A stretch of DNA of 64,000 nucleotides, from contig NC_092565.1 in the NCBI RefSeq assembly GCF_037975245.1, forward strand, positions 23,274,063 to 23,338,062. The letters are read 5' to 3'. The stretch comes from Apostichopus japonicus (lineage: Eukaryota). The notes under the pieces are model-generated. The model was not told the DNA's origin, ran no database searches, and was given only the letters and a program-made list of their open reading frames with translations. Below are positions 61,537-64,000 of this stretch, one piece after another. The position numbers and the translations under genes were made by a program. Position 1 is the first letter of the stretch, and the number at the start of each line of letters is the position of its first letter.

Positions 61537-64000
61537 GAAGTTGTTTCACTGTTCTGGATTTTACAATGTTCACATTACAATTCAATATATATATATTTTC
61601 TATTTCTACAATTCTGTGATTTTCAGTGTGTGGTCATATTGCATTAATTGTTGGGGAGGTAATGTCAATGGTACCGACAGAAAACGGATAGATTCTATTA
61701 TAAGCCAAGTCAGTCGCATCCTAGGCGAACGTCAGCAGTCAGTGAACACCTCATATCATCTTCACCTTCAAAGTAAACTTGTTGGGGTTCTCAACAACTA
61801 GCCACCCTCTACACATTAATTTGGAAAGTGCAATAATACCCCGCAGTGGGCGGATGAGACTACCCCGTGCCATTACGAATCGTTACAAATCCTCCTTTAT
61901 CCCTCGTTGTATTAAACTTCATAATGAATCTTTTACTCGTTAGGTCACTAATCTTGCTCATTGTGCAATCCAATGTTTCACAAGTATCTCTGGTGCTGTT
62001 TTACTGTTTTTTGTATTTTACCGTTTTTACGTATCTTGCCAGCTTTGTTTTAAGTCTTATGTCTTAGTATTTGAGAGTCTGATATATTTTGTGTGTATTT
62101 TATGTACTGTACGTATGTTTTATATTGTGAGCAATCAATTGCCCAGCTTGGGATGCAATAAAGAGAATCTGAATCTGAATAGATATAAATATATGTATAT
62201 ATATATATGTATAATACATGGTACAGTAAATATTGATGTATTGTTCATAGTCATTATACAGATTATGATAAAAAAATGTTTATCTGGGGTCACAATACAA
62301 GTTCTGTAGACTTTACACACTACTGTGCTATCCAGTAGATCCAGTAGAGTTTGCCGTAAAACCCTGATTTAGAGCTCGGTTAGTATTAATGTAGTAAATT
62401 ATATTACAAAAAGCATGTTGAGCCTTTTTTAATTTCAGGCCATTTCCTCCTGAAGGACCCAGTGCTAGGGATTCACCAAGGACATTCTTATATTGTATTT
62501 GTACAGTATGTCTCAACATTTCTTAACTTTTCAAAGATAAGTTATAGTACTACTGCCACATTAGTTGCAGGGGCAAGGGTCAACTTTGACATGGAGTTCT
62601 GTTTATAATGTCACCGTTAGTTTCTGCCCTGCTTAAAAATTTATTTAGTACACAGTAGGGAAAAATAATGACTGATATTATCATTGATTTAAAGAATGAC
62701 TTTAACAGAAAACACACACACAAATCATCAAAGAAACAATTTTCCATCAAAATAGCATCACAATTAATTTTGATTCCGTTGCAGTAGTGGGGAAATACCC
62801 ATGGCACAACTGTCAAAATGACGGATTACAGACTATATTTTTGTTGGGTTGAGTATTACAAACTCTGATAATTTCAATAATCACGCACACATAACCGAGG
62901 ATGAGTCAGGGGCCAAATGGCCATTACAACTTGCCAAATGACCTCTCAGAGAAGAAAGGTACAGTATGCTAGGATCTGTTTTTAATTCTCAGTAGTCACC
63001 AGCCAATTAACAACTCTCAGATATTACTTTGTGTTCCAAACAAGAAAACTATAAAACACCAAAAAAACAGAAAACATAAATAGTATGTGTAACCTGGTTA
63101 CTGAGTGATAGTTTTATACACTACATCATTTAGTATCAATGATAGGTTAGCCCCTGAACAAGGTACCACTTTTCACAGAAAATGGACCCTGTTCACCTGG
63201 TCTTCGAAAATGCAACTATAAAATTAATAGGCATCCCCTTTCAAGGGATTTTACAAGTGAAACAATAATGTATCAAATTACCTCTGTATGAGAAGGATAT
63301 TAGTATGAATGGCATAATAATTCACAAATATATTAATTTTGTGTGAGAAGACAAAATTTAGATTAAATGGTTATTAAATCTTTAATAAAGGATAGTGCAA
63401 AGTTATAACCACTTTATAGATCTCTCAGTTTACTGCTGTGTGAATACCACATAGCTTGGTTAGTTTACCCCAAAGTTACAACCCAATAGAAGACCAAATA
63501 AAAGACTTTCAAAATTAATATTAGCTCCTTTTGCCTTTAGTTTATCATCAAGTCACCAATCCTAAATATAAACTGGATTTTGTGTATAATTTACAGTAAT
63601 AATAACATTGTACCACAAACCTGGTTGGCCTTTCTCCACCTGAAATTTTCTCGACCTGGAAGGCATCCTGTCGGCTGAATATACAGTAGTCCGAGTAAGA
63701 TCCTACAAATTCTCCTTCACATAAAAACCTGTTGAAAATTTCAGTTTGTGACTCCTAGTTAAAGAAAAACTGTGTTGTACTTTCAACTACCTACATCATA
63801 TTACAATCTCAGAAGTATGTGAGGTGAAAGAATTGTCAAACGTCTTGGATGTCAAAATTTACATTAAAAAGAAGGCAATGACTTAAAGGCTCAGAGACCA
63901 AAGATTGCACTCAAAGTTCAAGTTATATAATTTCAGTTCTCAAATGAAAAACAGGGGTGAGAATGATGATAATCTTCACACCAATGGAAACAGTAGCTAC

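Noticed and set aside
1-64000. Expectation of a novel prokaryotic-style system (defence island, operon, CRISPR)
   Set aside because: The window is unambiguously eukaryotic: multi-exon genes with GT-AG introns, and BUB3, MVP and PANK orthologues. There are no CRISPR repeats, operonic ORF packing or bacterial signals. The novelty lies in transposon and repeat content, not in a gene system.

Overview
This is a eukaryotic (metazoan) window, AT-rich, with spliceosomal GT-AG introns and many microsatellites. It is probably from a marine invertebrate deuterostome or lophotrochozoan; I cannot assign the species from sequence alone. I can reconstruct three protein-coding genes by hand. BUB3 (mitotic checkpoint WD40 protein) lies on the minus strand at 11799-17687, with 6 coding exons and a predicted 327 aa product. 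MVP (major vault protein) lies on the plus strand at 19977-41191, with 25 coding exons and a predicted 863 aa product. A PANK1/2/3-type pantothenate kinase lies on the minus strand at 50124-56225, with at least 6 coding exons and about 397 aa. BUB3 and MVP are head-to-head, with about 2.3 kb between their start codons. MVP and PANK are tail-to-tail. There is no prokaryotic-style system (CRISPR, operon, defence island) here. The notable content is repeats and mobile elements: a non-autonomous hAT-type element with a perfect 8-bp target-site duplication; two TTAA-flanked MITE copies, one of them inside an MVP intron; three tandem copies of a PANK exon/intron junction that keep their 5' splice sites; a degenerate Cys/His-rich antisense ORF cluster, probably a transposon remnant, in the 4.5-kb MVP intron 10; several mini- and microsatellites; a dispersed SINE-like family of about 120 bp; and many GGGGAGGGG-type G4-prone motifs. 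The first ~11.7 kb has no gene I can support. Note that the supplied ORF track treats alternative start codons as M (one listed 'M' is a GTG), so its starts are not reliable ATGs.
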